DNA of 64,000 bases from assembly GCA_963806435.1 (NCBI GenBank), contig CAWEBD010000157.1, forward strand, positions 26,809 to 90,808. Reading direction: 5' to 3'. Position numbers and translations under genes: made by a program. Shown one piece after another: positions 61,840 to 64,000 of the stretch. The stretch is from an uncultured Bacteroidota bacterium. Its GTDB lineage: Bacteria > Bacteroidota > Ignavibacteria > Kryptoniales > JAKASW01. The notes under the pieces are model-generated. The model was not told the DNA's origin. It worked only from the letters and a program-made list of their open reading frames with translations, and searched no databases. Numbering within the stretch: the first letter of the stretch is position 1; each line of letters opens with the position of its first letter.

Positions 61840-62121
61840 CTACGGTAGATCGATGTGTTTTGAGCGATCCAGCGGGTACGGGATGGCTCGCTCAAGCATC
61901 GCGTGGAATACTCCGCAGCATGATGAAATGATTTCCCATGTGAAATCGGAATTATCCGAATTTATGAGGATTGTGGCAGAGAAGTCGCGCGGATGAATCG
62001 CGCAAGATAAGTTCATGACTGCCTTACCGATCCGGTACGCCACCTTCCGGAGCATCGAAGTGTTTGAGAGAGTCTCCGGCTTCAACGTTTCGCTGCCGTT
62101 CCGTAATTCGAGTTTTATCAT
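61840..62121 (-). CDS. small Cys/His protein, paralogue 2 of 3 (93 aa)
   Basis: Gapless alignment to paralogue 1 with the same length and the same invariant residues. Weak ribosome-binding site. Confidence 0.6.
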   Translation of the reverse strand: MIKLELRNGSETLKPETLSNTSMLRKVAYRIGKAVMNLSCAIHPRDFSATILINSDNSDFTWEIISSCCGVFHAMLERAIPYPLDRSKHIDLP

Positions 62122-62332
62122 GATTGCTGGGCATCTCTTTCGATTAAGCGTTTCACATGGGTCTCAGGTTTGCAGTCCCCGCCTGACAAGCTGCCCTTCA
62201 ATCAGGCGGGTCAGCCGGGAGGCATATACACGCGTCCAACGTGCACCCGATCCCGGCAGCGAGCGCCAATAGGGGAAGCACAAATACAAGTTAACGATTT
62301 ACCGTTAAGTCAATCCTTCGGAAGTATTAAAT

Positions 62333-62665
62333 TCATGTGTCCGGTGTTTCATGCTTTCCTGTGTTTGCGGGCGGATCCGTCTCTTGCGGCGCGAAATATT
62401 TCCGGGATTCATTCGCCTGTGGCGGGACCGATGATTCAATCGCGCGTTTGTATTCTCTGCAGCACGCATTGATCACTTCCCATTTATAACCCGAGTAGAA
62501 GCCGGTCAGTAGTATCGTGGCGCTTGAATTGAACTCATGGTTCGGGCAGCGAAGTGAACTTGTGGCGGACTCAATGTCGACTTTCAGTTTAACGAGCACT
62601 GAGACCTGCAGGGGGACGTCGGCGTCTCTACTTTGCTGTGGTACGCGGAAGATGAATGTGATCAC
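62333..62665 (-). CDS. small Cys/His protein, paralogue 3 of 3 (110 aa, Pro/Thr-rich tail)
   Basis: GTG start preceded by AGAGGAGG. Same invariant residues at the same positions. Confidence 0.6.
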   Translation of the reverse strand: MITFIFRVPQQSRDADVPLQVSVLVKLKVDIESATSSLRCPNHEFNSSATILLTGFYSGYKWEVINACCREYKRAIESSVPPQANESRKYFAPQETDPPANTGKHETPDT

Positions 62666-62870
62666 TTAAGTTGTCCTCCTCTGATATCCGTTGACTTTCA
62701 ATTTTCCGCATTAAGATACTATCAGTCTGTTAACCAATGACTACGTGCAGGTTAATTTTTCGGGAGGAGGCATAAAAACTGGTGCCTCGCAAGGTACGAA
62801 ACGCAAAAGTCCGGCAGAAATTGACAGTCTGAGATTAACCCGCCCTTGACGGGTTTATTGTCCTAAGAAC

Positions 62871-63067
62871 TCCTGCGGGGGATGGCTTCCAGGCGGACAG
62901 GCTCCACCGGGAGGCTCATCTCGGGGGATGAAGTCGCGCGGCCTCGCGTCCCGGTTCAATCCATCCTCGTATCGACACTCCGCGGTGATGCGAGATGTGC
63001 CTTGCCCGCGATCAAAGGCCCTACCCCCGCCAGGCGAGGTAAACACCGAACGGGTAGAGCCGCCGGG
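62871..63067. other. GC-rich non-coding block with long-range complementarity (candidate structured RNA, class unknown)
   Basis: No protein-like ORF; the ORFs here are Arg/Pro/Gly-rich. Helices checked by hand: GGGGATGG 62878-62885 with CCATCCTC 62961-62968, and GGCCCTACCC 63017-63026 with GGGTAGAGCC 63052-63061. Confidence 0.25.
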
Positions 63068-63120
63068 AAAACAAAAAGAAACGGAGCCGCAGCCACCTTC
63101 CCGGCAGGCCGCCAGCCCCG
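63068..63120 (-). terminator. intrinsic terminator of pstS
   Basis: On the minus strand, a GC-rich imperfect 13-bp stem (CGGGGCTGGCGGCC...GGTGGCTGCGGCTCCG) is followed by TTTCTTTTTGTTTT, 20 nt after the pstS stop. Confidence 0.6.
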
Positions 63121-63140
63121 CATGCCGATCGAATCTTTCG

Positions 63141-64000
63141 TTACTTCAGAATACTCTTGCCTTCGTATTCCACAGTCTTCAGCTTGGCGATATCGAGCTC
63201 CTGGATCTGTTTCGGAAGTGGTGCGTAGTCAAGGTCTGCGGAATATTTCTGCCCTTCCGTCACTGCCCATTGCATGAATTCAAGCATCGCCTTCGCTTGC
63301 GCATAATTCGTTTGATGCCTGTAAACCAGGAGCCACGTCGCGCTTGAGATCGGGTAAGACTCTTTGCCCGGCGCGTCAACTATGGAGAACCTTAGGTCGG
63401 AAGGAAGCGTCTTTGCCGCGTTGGCGAGCGCCGCTGTAACACCGGGTATGGACGCACACACAAAAACACCGGCGGCATTCTTCAAGTCGGCGAAAGACAT
63501 GTTATTCTGGAGAGCGTAGATGAGTTCGACGTACCCTATCGCACCCGGGGTGCGGGCGACCTGTCCCGAGACTCCATCGTTTCCCTTTCCGCCGATCCCG
63601 ACGGGCCAGTTGAGGCTTGTCGACTTGCCGACCTTTTCACTCCATTCGGAGCTGACTTTGGAAAGGTAGTCTGCAAAAATATATGTTGTGCCGCTCCCGT
63701 CAGCACGGTGGACGACGATGATCCTTGTGCCGGGGAAATCAACTCCTGGATTGAGTGCTTTGATCCTTGGATCGCCCCAAGACGTAATCTTTCCCATATA
63801 GATGTCGGCAATCGTGGTTCCGTCGAATTTCAATGTCTGGCTCACGCCCGGTATGTTGTACACGACGACTACCGCCCCGAGTGTCTCCGGTATGTGGAGA
63901 ACCTCGCCGTGCGCCTTTTTCGCGTCCGCGAGCTGCTCCTCGGTCAGGGGGGCGTCGCTGGCTCCGAAGTCAACCGTTCCAGCGACGAGCTGTCTTATGC
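63141..64000 (-). CDS. pstS: phosphate ABC transporter substrate-binding protein PstS, N-terminal end beyond window edge
   Basis: The frame is open to the window end, with ...GTVDFGASDAPLTEEQ...VVVVYNIPGV... upstream of the track ORF. Confidence 0.9.
   Translation of the reverse strand, partial: IRQLVAGTVDFGASDAPLTEEQLADAKKAHGEVLHIPETLGAVVVVYNIPGVSQTLKFDGTTIADIYMGKITSWGDPRIKALNPGVDFPGTRIIVVHRADGSGTTYIFADYLSKVSSEWSEKVGKSTSLNWPVGIGGKGNDGVSGQVARTPGAIGYVELIYALQNNMSFADLKNAAGVFVCASIPGVTAALANAAKTLPSDLRFSIVDAPGKESYPISSATWLLVYRHQTNYAQAKAMLEFMQWAVTEGQKYSADLDYAPLPKQIQELDIAKLKTVEYEGKSILK

Noticed and set aside
62877-62968. tRNA-like (tRNA-Sec-like) element: an 8-bp acceptor-type pairing and a GGTTCAATCC T-loop-like motif
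   Set aside because: No T stem can be formed (CCCGG versus CATCC), there is no credible anticodon stem (only 3 bp), and no D arm.
62760-63130. RNase P RNA or tmRNA (AAAGTCCGG at about 62806, GGTAAAC...CGGGTAGAGCC resembling RNase P CR-III, GGGG start)
   Set aside because: The P4 partner ACAGAAnCCGGCTTA, the GGGTGAAA...GGTAAGAGC region, and any tmRNA 3' GGTTCGAnTCC...CCACCA end or tag reading frame are absent on both strands.

Overview
Window from a moderately GC-rich diderm-type bacterium (meso-DAP-type MurE, beta-barrel OMPs, canonical TTGACA/TAnnnT promoters). I cannot assign the taxon from sequence alone. Most of it is densely packed housekeeping DNA. From the left: a truncated HAD phosphatase, pfkA, a TatT-associated TRAP transporter, typA/bipA, a type III polyketide synthase plus ICMT-type methyltransferase pair, amt, arfB, a heparinase II/III plus dehydrogenase pair, larE-larB, rsfS-argS. 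Then comes a six-gene group-3b-like [NiFe] hydrogenase operon carrying an embedded cNMP-binding protein, followed by a GNAT/acyl-CoA-synthetase-like (Pat type) gene divergent from AMP-forming acs. Next are a K+/H+ antiporter, a LexA-like gene, and a complete dcw cluster (mraZ to ftsZ, 38.7-55.6 kb) with one extra gene between murG and murC. A REC-HisKA protein plus a sigma54 activator follow. The only clearly accessory stretch is 58.6-63.1 kb. It holds a ppx/gppA remnant, an intact IS with flanking direct repeats, a TPR gene, three tandem paralogous ~93-aa Cys/His proteins of no family I recognise, and a GC-rich non-coding block; pstS then runs off the right edge. No tRNA, rRNA or CRISPR array was found. 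The best candidates for something undescribed are the small-protein triplet with its upstream GC-rich block, the LexA homologue lacking its self-cleavage residues next to the dcw operon, and the extra dcw gene. All functional calls rest on motif recognition by eye, not on database searches.
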